Shown here piece by piece: positions 35,218 to 44,720 of a stretch of 64,000 bases of DNA. The notes below the pieces were generated by a model that did no database searches, had not been told where the DNA came from, and saw only the letters and a program-made list of their open reading frames with translations. Position 1 is the first letter of the stretch; each line of letters starts with the position of its first letter. Position numbers and translations under genes: made by a program. Source of the DNA: a virus (lineage: Duplodnaviria > Heunggongvirae > Uroviricota > Caudoviricetes); the IMG/VR virus record IMGVR_UViG_3300031760_000004, positions 92,294 through 156,293 of that record. One strand, given 5' to 3'.

Positions 35218-35982
35218 ATGTCAGAGGAAGTTGAAGCAAGGCAAGGCGAAGAGGCTCAGTCGCAGCAGGACGAGGGTCCGAAGAGGGCCGTCGTGATATC
35301 GCCCAAGGCGAGGGTGGTCTTCCGCAGGAAGTCCACGGGCGCCGAAGAGGTGGTCATGACCGGCAGGGACGTGTTCTCGGTCATAGACGCCGTCGGTTCC
35401 CGCATAGAGTCCACCAAGGACAAGGAGGAGTTCGAGGACACCGTGGTGTCCGTGCTGTCGGTCGAGGACCCAGACAAGTCGGACCCGCTGCCTGAAGGCG
35501 GAAAGCGCTGGGAGGGCCCATACGGCGTGGGGAACGTCGAGGTGGACGGTCTTCCGCTGTCGGACGCCATGACCGAGCTCGCCAAGGCGGTCATACCGAA
35601 CGACGCGGCGGTCAGGGGCGTCGAGCGCCTGGCGGAGCAGCTTTTCCTGCGCTCCAGGCTTGACGGCTTCGTGTTCATCGGGACGTTCGACGGGCAGCCG
35701 GCGGTCATCCCGCTGATTTCCTCGTTCAGGGAGAGGACCGAGGAGTGCTTCGCGATGCTGTACCGCCAGCTGCACATACAGGCCGAGAACCTGAAGGCCT
35801 GGACGTCGAAGACGTTCCCGGATCTGAAGGTCAACTGGACCGGCCAGGACGGTCGCAACCAGAACCAGGGGCAGGGTCAGGGCGGCAGGCCGTCCGGGCT
35901 CGTCCTTCCGGACGGTCGTCCGGTCGAGTCCAGGTCGGCGCACGGGAAGCCTTCGTGCGGCCCGTCGTGCAGGAGGGGGTAG
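35218..35982 (+). CDS. hypothetical protein
   Basis: AAGGAG RBS. Confidence 0.7.
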   Translation: MSEEVEARQGEEAQSQQDEGPKRAVVISPKARVVFRRKSTGAEEVVMTGRDVFSVIDAVGSRIESTKDKEEFEDTVVSVLSVEDPDKSDPLPEGGKRWEGPYGVGNVEVDGLPLSDAMTELAKAVIPNDAAVRGVERLAEQLFLRSRLDGFVFIGTFDGQPAVIPLISSFRERTEECFAMLYRQLHIQAENLKAWTSKTFPDLKVNWTGQDGRNQNQGQGQGGRPSGLVLPDGRPVESRSAHGKPSCGPSCRRG

Positions 35983-35988
35983 TCTTAA

Positions 35989-36351
35989 GTGAACCACGCC
36001 GGCACGCACTACACCCGAGACATCGGGGGTCCCGCCTCCAGGAGGATGGCGGGGTTCCTGTCGTGCTTCCCGAGGGGAGGCACGATAGGGACGTACGGCG
36101 TCTCCGCCGGCTTCCTTGGCGACCTGGCGCTCGCGCTTCCGCCGAACAGGGCGAGGCACAAGATAGAGCGTCTGCTTGACTCGGCCGAGAGGGAGGGTTT
36201 CATACGGCGCCTCCCGTCCAGGGTGGTGTCGTCGTCGCCCAGGGCCAGGAACTTCGGCCGGCACATGGACAAGGAGCTGGCCTGGCAGCTCACTCCCGAG
36301 GGGGAAAGGTACGCCGAGGAGGTGGCGGATGCCGTCGCGTCGCGTACGTAG
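35989..36351 (+). CDS. hypothetical protein (possible winged HTH)
   Basis: C-terminal WQLTPEGERYA resembles a wHTH wing. Confidence 0.5.
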   Translation: MNHAGTHYTRDIGGPASRRMAGFLSCFPRGGTIGTYGVSAGFLGDLALALPPNRARHKIERLLDSAEREGFIRRLPSRVVSSSPRARNFGRHMDKELAWQLTPEGERYAEEVADAVASRT

Positions 36352-36645
36352 CGGAAAGGTGCCGGGGCCTGCGTCGCAGCCCTGCAGCCTGAGGCTCCTG
36401 TCGAGGGCGCTGTCGTCGCTCCGTGTCGAAGGCTTCGCGTCGGAATCGGAGCTCAACGCGTTCCGTAGGATGTTCTCGGAGCTCATATCCGAGGCCGGAG
36501 GGCTGAGGAGGCTCGCTGAGTCGCAGGCACGCGAGCTGGCCGTCCTCAGGGACGAGATGTTTTTGATCGGGCATGGCGGAAGGGCCCCGGGCCGTCCATG
36601 CGCTTCGGTATCCGGGGAGACACAACACCAGCAGGAGGAAAACAC

Positions 36646-37008
36646 ATGACAACCAAGAAGAACTGCTCCAAGGCGTGCTGCAAGGCCGCGAAGGAAGCTA
36701 AGGACGCCAAGGCCGTCAAGGCCGCGAAGGCGGACGCCCCCGAGGCCCGAAAGATCGACCTCGGCAAGGTCACGGAGGCCGTGAAGAAGGTCCCGCAGTG
36801 GCTCGTCCGGGTCCAGGCTGAGCTCAAGCAGCTCATCGAGCGCCTCGAGAAGCTTGACGCCATGATCGATAAGCTGAAGAAGCTCATCGACGACAAGACG
36901 GCTACCAAGGAGGACAAGGAGAACTACCGCCTCCTCTCGAAGCAGCGCAAGGCGATGGGCGCCTACCGGGCGGTCCTCGAGGAGCGGGTTGCCCGTTCCG
37001 CGAAGTAG
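36646..37008 (+). CDS. coiled-coil protein with Lys/Ala-rich N-terminus (crAss001_48-like C-terminus)
   Basis: AGGAGG RBS; LKQLIERLEKL..LLSKQRKAMGAYRAVLEERV. Confidence 0.65.
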   Translation: MTTKKNCSKACCKAAKEAKDAKAVKAAKADAPEARKIDLGKVTEAVKKVPQWLVRVQAELKQLIERLEKLDAMIDKLKKLIDDKTATKEDKENYRLLSKQRKAMGAYRAVLEERVARSAK

Positions 37009-37075
37009 CGGCCCGGCACAGGGGTCAAAATAAAACCGCGCACGAAAACCACGGAAGGTAAAGGCTGGAAAAGGC

Positions 37076-37753
37076 ATGAGACTGCTCAACAGAGGCAATT
37101 CCCCAAGGTACTCCGAGCTCGCCGGAAGCACGGTGGGTCCGGGGAGGTCCACGCGTGAGCTGGACTCGTTCGAGAAGGCCGTCAACTCCGTGTTCTCCCG
37201 GGCCAGGGGCTTCGAGGTCGTTCTTTCAGAAGGCGACATCAGGCTCCTGGCCGGGTTGTGCGCGAAATACCTTGCGGGTTCCAAATCATTGGAATCCAAG
37301 GAACTGGACGACATAGCCGGAATAGAGGCCCTCAGGGCGTCGCTGCGCGACCCGGACGGCACGAAGGTGCTTGCCGAGAGGGCGATGGCTGTCCGCGGCG
37401 CCGTCCAGAAGGCACGCAGGGAGGTCATGCGGGAGCGCGTCGAGAAGGAGGCGAGGGTGATGGCCGAGTCGAACTTCCTCGACGAGACCGGCAACCCGAT
37501 ACCGCACGCCGGCCTAATAGCCTCGGACAAGCGTCTGCAGGGTCTGGAGCCCAAGAAGCACGACGGCATGCCGAACGACATGCGGTCCATTCTCGAGAAC
37601 AACCTGGCCATAATGACGTCGGCCTCCGGGCAGCCACTTGACAATGGATCCAGGACCGTGGTGGCCACGCCCGGCGGAACACCGGTCCCGCACGATCCGA
37701 AGGCATACCAGAAGCCAAGGACAGTGCCGCCGGGACAGCCTGAACTGCCATGA
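37076..37753 (+). CDS. hypothetical protein
   Basis: ORF in gene run. Confidence 0.65.
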   Translation: MRLLNRGNSPRYSELAGSTVGPGRSTRELDSFEKAVNSVFSRARGFEVVLSEGDIRLLAGLCAKYLAGSKSLESKELDDIAGIEALRASLRDPDGTKVLAERAMAVRGAVQKARREVMRERVEKEARVMAESNFLDETGNPIPHAGLIASDKRLQGLEPKKHDGMPNDMRSILENNLAIMTSASGQPLDNGSRTVVATPGGTPVPHDPKAYQKPRTVPPGQPELP

Positions 37754-38601
37754 ACGACAACGATGGAAACAGCCGCGTCGGCGGAGACCTTTTCATAAAG
37801 CCTGACAGGCTTCCAGGCGCCGTCAGGTCAAAGCCACGCGTAAAACGCTCCGGCTCACCGTCGTCGCCGTCGCCGTCGCCGGATCCAAGGAGGTCCAAGG
37901 CGGAGGCAAGGAAGGCGTTGGCGCGCTTGCAGGCCGCGCCAGTGGCCTCCAGCCTGTCCAGGGCCGGCAACTCGGACGACGTATATGACCGCCCCGACAT
38001 CATAGACGGCATAGTGCGCGGCGTCGAGCCCGTCAGTATAGTCACCACCACGAGGAAGACCAGGAACTACATTCCTAGGCCGGTCCCGGGGGTTAAGTCG
38101 TCGCAGGAGCGCAGGGAGGAGCGCGACTGGCCACTCGACCCGTGCCCGCTGTGCGGCGGCGATGCCGCCTACGAGGACATGGGAACGCTTTATCCTAACT
38201 GGAGCGTCGTATGTCAGAAGTGCTTCTGCTCCACGCAGAGCTACAGGTCCAAGTACTGGGCGGCGTGGCGCTGGAACACGCGACGTCCGCAGCTATCCAA
38301 GATTGAGATGCCGCCGCCTGAAGAGGACACCCCGCCGAACGACTACGGGGAGGACAAGGGCTACGTCCAGCCCGAGGCGGAGTCGGAAACGGACGTCACG
38401 GAGACGCCGGCCGAGCAGTGCGTGCCGCCCGCTCCGTCCGAGCCGTCCGAGACAGTTCCTCCGGACTTCATGCCGGTCATGGCCGCCCTGCCGCCCGTTG
38501 AACCCCAGCCTGAAAAGCCCGTGAAGCCACGTAGGCGCCGCGCAAGGCCCGTGGACACCAACCAGATGTTGTTCGGCTTTATGGAGGCTCCAGGTGGATG
38601 A
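37750..38601 (+). CDS. protein with Lar-like (restriction alleviation) Zn domain and low-complexity flanks
   Basis: LDPCPLCGG..WSVVCQKC..AAWRWNTR. Confidence 0.7.
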   Translation: MNDNDGNSRVGGDLFIKPDRLPGAVRSKPRVKRSGSPSSPSPSPDPRRSKAEARKALARLQAAPVASSLSRAGNSDDVYDRPDIIDGIVRGVEPVSIVTTTRKTRNYIPRPVPGVKSSQERREERDWPLDPCPLCGGDAAYEDMGTLYPNWSVVCQKCFCSTQSYRSKYWAAWRWNTRRPQLSKIEMPPPEEDTPPNDYGEDKGYVQPEAESETDVTETPAEQCVPPAPSEPSETVPPDFMPVMAALPPVEPQPEKPVKPRRRRARPVDTNQMLFGFMEAPGG

Positions 38602-40471
38602 CCGTCTGCACATAGTCGTGTCGATGGGCGTGTACGACCCTGGAAACACGTCGTATTTGAGCGTCATGCGCATGGGTCAGTTACTGGTTACGCTGCTGTC
38701 CGTCGCCAGGACGACGCCGAACTGCGTCATCCATTTCATATACGACGGCATCGACAAGTACTTCATATACTGCTGCGGACGCATACTGGCGTCAACTGGC
38801 TCGGCGTCGTTCGAGCCACTGCACATGTCCGTGGAGACGGCCGCAGACTACCTGTCGCACTGCAGGATGAACGGCATAGGCAGCCATTCCATGATACGTA
38901 TGGCGCTGTCGCAGGTGTTCCCGGATCTCGGCAATGTCGTCTGGCTGGACTGCGACGTGGTGGTGTTCGACGACCTCAACAAGTTCGCAAGGGAGTGCAG
39001 GGAGTCCCTTGCGAAGACAAGGTTCTACTACGCCGGCGCCGCCGAGAGGGGACGGTCCATCATAAACGCCGGCGTCATGTACATCGACCTGGACAGGCTG
39101 CGCTCCATGGACGGAGAGGAGTCCAGGCTGCTGCACCTGTGTGACTCGTCCACCGACGAGGAAGGGTCCGGCATAACTGTCAGGATGCTTGACCAGGACG
39201 TGGTGAACGCCGTTGGGGCTGCCCATGTCGACGAGCGGTGGAACGTCACCCTGCACGACTGGCCCGACGTACCTCCCTTCAAGCTTCCGGATAACCCCGG
39301 CTGCCTACACTTCACTGGATCCAAGAAGTACGTATGGTCCTGCCTGTCCCAGTACCCCGAGTACGCCTTCCTCAACGAGATGACGGAGGAGGTTTTCAGG
39401 CTGTGCCCGGATCTCGACAGCAAGTACCGCCTGGTTTACGTGCCGTCAGTCTACGACGACTCCTCGGACTTGGTCAAGATACCTTCGAGAAACGGACTTA
39501 AAGTCGCCCCTGTGACCATAACTGAGAGCAGACCGGCGTATGTTGACTCGGTGCACGTGGCCTACGGTGTGTCAGGGCCGCATTCAATTCTGACGTGCCT
39601 TCCGGCGTCGATGCTGTCGTACGCCATGAACTCCTCGGTTCCGGTGTCCTTCCACGTGGTCTGCGGAGTGGAGGACGAAGACAGGCGTCTTGTTGACTCG
39701 CTTTCCACGTTCATGGACAACTTTAAGTCCATGTACGGCGCCTCCGTGTTCGTCCACGATGTCCCGGAACGGGTAAAAAAGATCATGGAGTCGGCCGGGG
39801 ACGGCCTGGAGTCCAACTACTGGCGCAACCACATGGTCTCAGGGTTCCCGCATGAGGTTCCCGGAATCCCGGACATTGTTGTGAAGGCGGACGCCGACAC
39901 AATATGCGTCGGGGACGTGGGACTCCTGGTGGACTACTGCCTTGGGCACGGTCTCGACGAGGAGACGGCCGGATTCGCCGTGAGAAGCCTGCAAAAGGGC
40001 TACTTCCTGTCCGAGTGGAACTTCGGCGTGTTCCCGGTGTCCACGCGGATGCTCAGGGAGTCCGGATACACTGGCTTCGTAGAGAAGGCGGTGTCGTTCG
40101 GGTCTAACCTGCTTCTGGACGAGCTCACCACAAGGGCGTGGCTCGCCGGCCTGTTCCCGCTGTCAGAGCTGCCGCTCCAGTGGAACATGCTGTCTAGCCT
40201 AAGGGCGTCCATGAAGTCCGAGATGTCGACGTTCCCTCCCGAGGTTGACAGGTTCTACGGAATGAGGTGCAGGACGCCAGGGTACCGTCCGATGTTCAAC
40301 TACTACAATCCGGAGTTCGGTGGCGAGGATTACCGAAGGGTGTGCAGGATATACCATTTCTCGGGAATGCGTGGGAGGAAGTCTGCCGAGGGTATGCCTG
40401 ATTCTGATATATGGGACAGATACGCCAACATGGCCAGGGCGATGGGGGGCTACCAATGCGCGAGGTCCTGA
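38594..40471 (+). CDS. tandem two-domain GT8-family glycosyltransferase
   Basis: VWLDCDVVV, INAGVMYIDL, DQDVVN, ERWN, LHFTGSKK; second domain VKADADT, LQWN, IYHFSG. Confidence 0.85.
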   Translation: MDDRLHIVVSMGVYDPGNTSYLSVMRMGQLLVTLLSVARTTPNCVIHFIYDGIDKYFIYCCGRILASTGSASFEPLHMSVETAADYLSHCRMNGIGSHSMIRMALSQVFPDLGNVVWLDCDVVVFDDLNKFARECRESLAKTRFYYAGAAERGRSIINAGVMYIDLDRLRSMDGEESRLLHLCDSSTDEEGSGITVRMLDQDVVNAVGAAHVDERWNVTLHDWPDVPPFKLPDNPGCLHFTGSKKYVWSCLSQYPEYAFLNEMTEEVFRLCPDLDSKYRLVYVPSVYDDSSDLVKIPSRNGLKVAPVTITESRPAYVDSVHVAYGVSGPHSILTCLPASMLSYAMNSSVPVSFHVVCGVEDEDRRLVDSLSTFMDNFKSMYGASVFVHDVPERVKKIMESAGDGLESNYWRNHMVSGFPHEVPGIPDIVVKADADTICVGDVGLLVDYCLGHGLDEETAGFAVRSLQKGYFLSEWNFGVFPVSTRMLRESGYTGFVEKAVSFGSNLLLDELTTRAWLAGLFPLSELPLQWNMLSSLRASMKSEMSTFPPEVDRFYGMRCRTPGYRPMFNYYNPEFGGEDYRRVCRIYHFSGMRGRKSAEGMPDSDIWDRYANMARAMGGYQCARS

Positions 40472-42300
40472 ACGTGTTCATGGCCCTTGGCGAGTACTCG
40501 CACGAGGAGCCCGTGAAGCAGCTGAGGCAGTATCGCCGCTCGTGGCTGCTTCTGTCGCTCTACGCCCTTTCCAAGTCAACCCCGGACTGTAATGTCACCC
40601 TGATGTACTGCGGGCTGGACAACGATTTCCTGGCCATGTGCGCCTCCGTCACGGCCAGTGGCAGGAACTTCAGGCTTACGCCGGAGTTCATAGGCGAGGG
40701 TAGCGCGTCCGACATAACGAAGGGAAAGGATGGCGGCGTAAACCTAGGCACCCACGCGAACCTCAGGCTGTTCATACACCGTCTTCACCCCGAGATCGAC
40801 GAGTACGTATGGCTGGACTGCGACACCGTGCCGCTCGCCGACGTGCACGGGTTTCTTGAGGCAGGCAGAAACGCAATTGAGTCAGGGTCAGGAAGAAACC
40901 ACTTCGCCTGCGTTGGCGACTCGTTCTTCGGGAAGCCTGGGGCCAACAGCGGAGTAATGTACTGCGATGCGGCCGGCCTCAGGAATGACGCCGAGGCGTG
41001 CTGCAGGATTGACAGGCTGTGCGGAATGAAGGCCGACGAAGGTTCGAGCATAACGAAGAGCGGCGGCGACCAGGACATCGTGAACACCGTGGGGTTCGAG
41101 TTCGTGCCGGACACATCGTGGAACGTGTGCTTTCCGGACGTGCCCGAGGAGCCTCCGGCCGACGCCAAGCTGCTTCACCTTACCGTGGCCCCGAAGTACG
41201 CCCTGGGGCCTGTGTCGAGGATGCCGGGCTGGGGCTTCCTGCGGAGGATGGCCGAAGGGATGGTTCGGCTGTGCCCGCATCTGGCCGCCGGAGGACGCAG
41301 GTACCTGTTCACCACCACGGGCGACCTGAACAACTCCGAGAGACTGGACGCCCATGTATTCGGAAGGCCCGATGAGGACAGGTTCCTGCAGTCGGCCGAC
41401 GAGTATGTGCCAGGATACTTCCCGAACGCCGTAGACATAGCCTGCTACATAAGCGGAGGCGCGCTTGCCAGGGCCCTTGAGACCTCGATGGTGTCGTACG
41501 TCTCGAACTGTTCGGTTCCGGTCAGGTTCCACGTAATGCTCACGCCAGGCACATGCTCGGAGGACGAGGTGTGGCGGCTTCTTAAGTTCTCGTCGGCGCT
41601 CCAGGACCGGTACGGATGCACCGTGGAGGTCAGGAACACTCCGGACCGAATCCTTTACCAGACGGTGGCCGCCGGCGACCAGCTTGACTCGGCCGTGTGG
41701 AAGAACAACCTGTCAGGAGACCTGATGCACGATGTGTTCCTGGACGTGGACCTGTGCGTACGCGTGGACGCCGACACGGTGTGCGTCGGTGACATAGCCT
41801 GGCTCGTTGGGTACTGCATGGGTTTCGGGCTTGGCGAAAAGCGGCATCTGTTCGGGCTTCCGAACCGATGGATGCATCAGTATCCGGAGCGCATGGCCTT
41901 CGGGGTCAGCCCCCAGTCGTTCAGGATGATGCGCGAGTCCGGGTTCACCGACTTCCTGTTCAAGCGGATGGCCTACGGAAGGTTCCTGCGCGCAGACGGA
42001 GAGTATTCGCTCGCCATACAGGCCGGCATACTCATGGCGGGATCCTACCCAATGGAGTGGAACATGCATCCTGACTTGCGAAGGCCGCTGTCGTCGCTCA
42101 ACTTCACCGAGTTCCAGGACTTGGACGCCGTCTATGGAAACATCCCGGGAGCCTATCCAGTTCCGTCTCCCAAGTATCTGAAGCCGATGGTGTATCATTT
42201 CACCGGATCTCCGAAGCCGTGGGAGGGTACGTCGTTCAACCAGGAGGTGTGGGACCGCTACACCCGTCTCGCAGAAGCCGTTTCAAGGAGCGCAGAATGA
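40456..42300 (+). CDS. tandem two-domain GT8-family glycosyltransferase (paralogue)
   Basis: VWLDCDTV, NSGVMYCD, GDQDIVN, SWN; second domain VRVDADT, MEWN, VYHFTGSPKPW. Confidence 0.85.
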   Translation: MREVLNVFMALGEYSHEEPVKQLRQYRRSWLLLSLYALSKSTPDCNVTLMYCGLDNDFLAMCASVTASGRNFRLTPEFIGEGSASDITKGKDGGVNLGTHANLRLFIHRLHPEIDEYVWLDCDTVPLADVHGFLEAGRNAIESGSGRNHFACVGDSFFGKPGANSGVMYCDAAGLRNDAEACCRIDRLCGMKADEGSSITKSGGDQDIVNTVGFEFVPDTSWNVCFPDVPEEPPADAKLLHLTVAPKYALGPVSRMPGWGFLRRMAEGMVRLCPHLAAGGRRYLFTTTGDLNNSERLDAHVFGRPDEDRFLQSADEYVPGYFPNAVDIACYISGGALARALETSMVSYVSNCSVPVRFHVMLTPGTCSEDEVWRLLKFSSALQDRYGCTVEVRNTPDRILYQTVAAGDQLDSAVWKNNLSGDLMHDVFLDVDLCVRVDADTVCVGDIAWLVGYCMGFGLGEKRHLFGLPNRWMHQYPERMAFGVSPQSFRMMRESGFTDFLFKRMAYGRFLRADGEYSLAIQAGILMAGSYPMEWNMHPDLRRPLSSLNFTEFQDLDAVYGNIPGAYPVPSPKYLKPMVYHFTGSPKPWEGTSFNQEVWDRYTRLAEAVSRSAE

Positions 42301-43031
42301 CATACTCCATAGTGTTTTCACTGATAGTCACACCGTCCATAGCCCCGTACGACGAGGCCATGGCGTCTGCCGGCAGCCTCATGCGCAACCTGCCGATGGA
42401 CTCGTTTTCGCACAGGATGCTGGCCTACGACAAGAGGTACGCCAGCTACGGCAGGGTGTCGGAGCTGCTGTCCGTGCTGGACGGGTTCGAGCCGGTCGAG
42501 GTCCCTCCAATGGATAGGTCGCTGCAGCTGTGCGGGTGCAGGCAGCTGGACTTCGTGTCCTCGGCCTTGTCGGCCCATGAGTCCGACGCAATCCTATCCG
42601 TGCCATCCAACTGGCTGCTGCGGTACAGGATCGACGTCTCTAAGTCGCTTCTGGCCGCCACATCTCCGGACGTGTTCTCGGTGTTCCTGGGAGGATGCCC
42701 GCTGGCGCACGTTGACGCTGGAGGATACTTCTCCATGTGCGACTCAACGCTTCCCAAGTACCGCCGCCTCAGGACGTCATCGTGGAACCTGCCCGGCCTG
42801 GACAGGGGCGAGTGCCCGTCGATATTCAACTCGGTCAACTTCCCGGAGATATTCAAGGCCGGGCAGTGCAACCTTAACTTTCTGAACCGGTGCGGATGGG
42901 ATCCGAAACTACAGGTGCTGTACCCCGAATCGCTCAAGTCGTCTCCGTCAGACCTGAAGCCGGAGCCATTCGTTGACATTGTGGGGATATGCCCCGAATA
43001 CTGGGACAGGTTTGAACTTGAAAGGAGCTAG
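42297..43031 (+). CDS. hypothetical protein in glycosyltransferase cluster
   Basis: ATGA-coupled to a GT gene. Confidence 0.6.
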   Translation: MTYSIVFSLIVTPSIAPYDEAMASAGSLMRNLPMDSFSHRMLAYDKRYASYGRVSELLSVLDGFEPVEVPPMDRSLQLCGCRQLDFVSSALSAHESDAILSVPSNWLLRYRIDVSKSLLAATSPDVFSVFLGGCPLAHVDAGGYFSMCDSTLPKYRRLRTSSWNLPGLDRGECPSIFNSVNFPEIFKAGQCNLNFLNRCGWDPKLQVLYPESLKSSPSDLKPEPFVDIVGICPEYWDRFELERS

Positions 43032-43033
43032 AG

Positions 43034-43942
43034 ATGTCAGAATCATACGACACCCTCAAGGACCTGCCACGCGTTCCACACGCGGAGGGCACGGTTAAGA
43101 CCGGAATGCAGACCGGAGTAGGTGGAAACCCTCCTGACAAGAAGTACATATCGTACGGCGAGCCAGTCGACATAGCCGTGGCGGCCGCCAACCTGCGGGC
43201 GAGGGTCAAGGGCGAGAAGCCGATCATAGCCGGCGGAATTGACGACGAGGACGAAAGGTTGTACAATAAACCTGAACCAACCGGTCCGTTCTCGAAGATG
43301 CGCGTGGCGCAGGGCAGGGCCCTGACGGCAGGCGACGTGGAGAGGATAAAGTCCGGCGGTTCCGCAGGGCCTTCCGGCAAAGTCATCTCTGGCCCTCGCG
43401 CCGTCGATGGGAATGCCGAAAAAAAAGCTCCGGGGAACTTAGTTTCTTCATACCCGGACACTCCTGGGCAGGTTGACGGGCGGCGCGAGGGCCTTTTTCG
43501 TTCAATGGGCGGCCCGGCCGGAAGAGAGCCTCCGCAGCCGGAGGACGACACGGCGCAGCAGCTTAACGGAGGACAGCCGAAGGTCGTGTACGTCGACAGG
43601 CCAGTCGAGGTCGAGAAAGTGGTCGAGGTCGAGAAGGAGACTGAGGCGTCAAGGTGGCTCAGACAGCGCACAAGGGTCATGATATCGACCTCGGAGACCA
43701 CGTTCAGCGTGTCTGCGGTGGCTGTCGTAAGGTCGGAGCACGCCGTGACCGTTATCCTGCCGACGTCCAACGACGCCATGACGTTCATACCCAGGACAGG
43801 CGCCAGGATAAAGGTGCAGTACAAGGGGTCGGACCCGCTCGACACCGTGTTCACCGGGGCGGTGTTCGACATACCGGAACTCGGGATACTCGGCCTGGCG
43901 TTCCTGATACCCCGTCCGGCCGATGACGCCGGCCGCGGCTAA
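43034..43942 (+). CDS. hypothetical protein
   Basis: AAGGAG upstream; disordered N-half, beta-rich C-terminus. Confidence 0.7.
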   Translation: MSESYDTLKDLPRVPHAEGTVKTGMQTGVGGNPPDKKYISYGEPVDIAVAAANLRARVKGEKPIIAGGIDDEDERLYNKPEPTGPFSKMRVAQGRALTAGDVERIKSGGSAGPSGKVISGPRAVDGNAEKKAPGNLVSSYPDTPGQVDGRREGLFRSMGGPAGREPPQPEDDTAQQLNGGQPKVVYVDRPVEVEKVVEVEKETEASRWLRQRTRVMISTSETTFSVSAVAVVRSEHAVTVILPTSNDAMTFIPRTGARIKVQYKGSDPLDTVFTGAVFDIPELGILGLAFLIPRPADDAGRG

Positions 43943-43948
43943 GCGATG

Positions 43949-43977
43949 TTGACGCAGAGGACATTTTAAGGTATCAT
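43949..43977 (+). promoter_or_regulatory. sigma70-type promoter
   Basis: TTGACG-N17-TATCAT. Confidence 0.65.
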
Positions 43978-43996
43978 CTATTACCGAGGGCATCTA

Positions 43997-44491
43997 ATGG
44001 ACAAAGATCTAAAAGAACGCATAATCGAAGAGCTGGAATCGCTTTCCGCGGCCTTGGACAGGGCCCGCGAGGCGGCCGGCAGGCTGAACTACCTGTTCGA
44101 CGCCGCATCCGGACGTCCCTGCGGGAGCCATGATCCGGATTCGGATTCGGACACGGCCTCAGGCCAGGACGAGTCCACCGCAGGCCGGATGACGCTTAGG
44201 GATTTCGTGAGGGAGGTTCTCGACAGGTCGAGGTACGCCGTCCCGCGTGACATCCTGAGGTTCCGGATAGTGGAGGACGAAAACGGCGTCAAGGCGGTCA
44301 GGTTCAGGCTTGACCAGGCCGCCCCGTACTATGGCGGCCATGCGTTCAGATACGTCGAGGAGTTCACGGTGTACGCGCACAGGGACATGTCCAACACCGT
44401 GGCCGAGTTCGACGAGGCCGTAGGCCATCTGCATCTTGTAAGGGTGCCGCTGAAGCGCGAAGACCACGACGACTGGGATTCGCTGGACTGA
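43997..44491 (+). CDS. hypothetical protein
   Basis: GAGG RBS, downstream of the promoter. Confidence 0.7.
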   Translation: MDKDLKERIIEELESLSAALDRAREAAGRLNYLFDAASGRPCGSHDPDSDSDTASGQDESTAGRMTLRDFVREVLDRSRYAVPRDILRFRIVEDENGVKAVRFRLDQAAPYYGGHAFRYVEEFTVYAHRDMSNTVAEFDEAVGHLHLVRVPLKREDHDDWDSLD

Positions 44492-44520
44492 TTGCAACGA
44501 TATTCACGGGAGGGTTCGCC

Positions 44521-44718
44521 ATGGTAAAGACAGGTGTTGTTGACGGTGTCGTGAAGACAGCGTCCGCTGACAACGAGGGTGACGCGGTCGGGTCCGCGGC
44601 CAAGTGCATCGCAGCCGCCAGGGAGGCAGTGTCCGGCCTGTCGGAGGTCAGGTCATCCGCCGAGAAGGCAAGGGACGAGGCGCGCAAGTCGGCGGCCGAA
44701 GCCGCCAGGGGCCGTTAG
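44521..44718 (+). CDS. small Ala-rich protein
   Basis: GGAGG RBS; contains VKTA. Confidence 0.55.
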   Translation: MVKTGVVDGVVKTASADNEGDAVGSAAKCIAAAREAVSGLSEVRSSAEKARDEARKSAAEAARGR

Positions 44719-44720
44719 CC

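Noticed and set aside
36646-37008. Acb2 anti-CBASS protein
   Set aside because: Helical similarity only; the LxEAxMWAxRA-type C-terminal motif I recall for Acb2/Vs.4 is absent
35221-37668. 815-aa minus-strand ORF
   Set aside because: Antisense shadow of several well-formed + strand genes in high-GC DNA; no motifs
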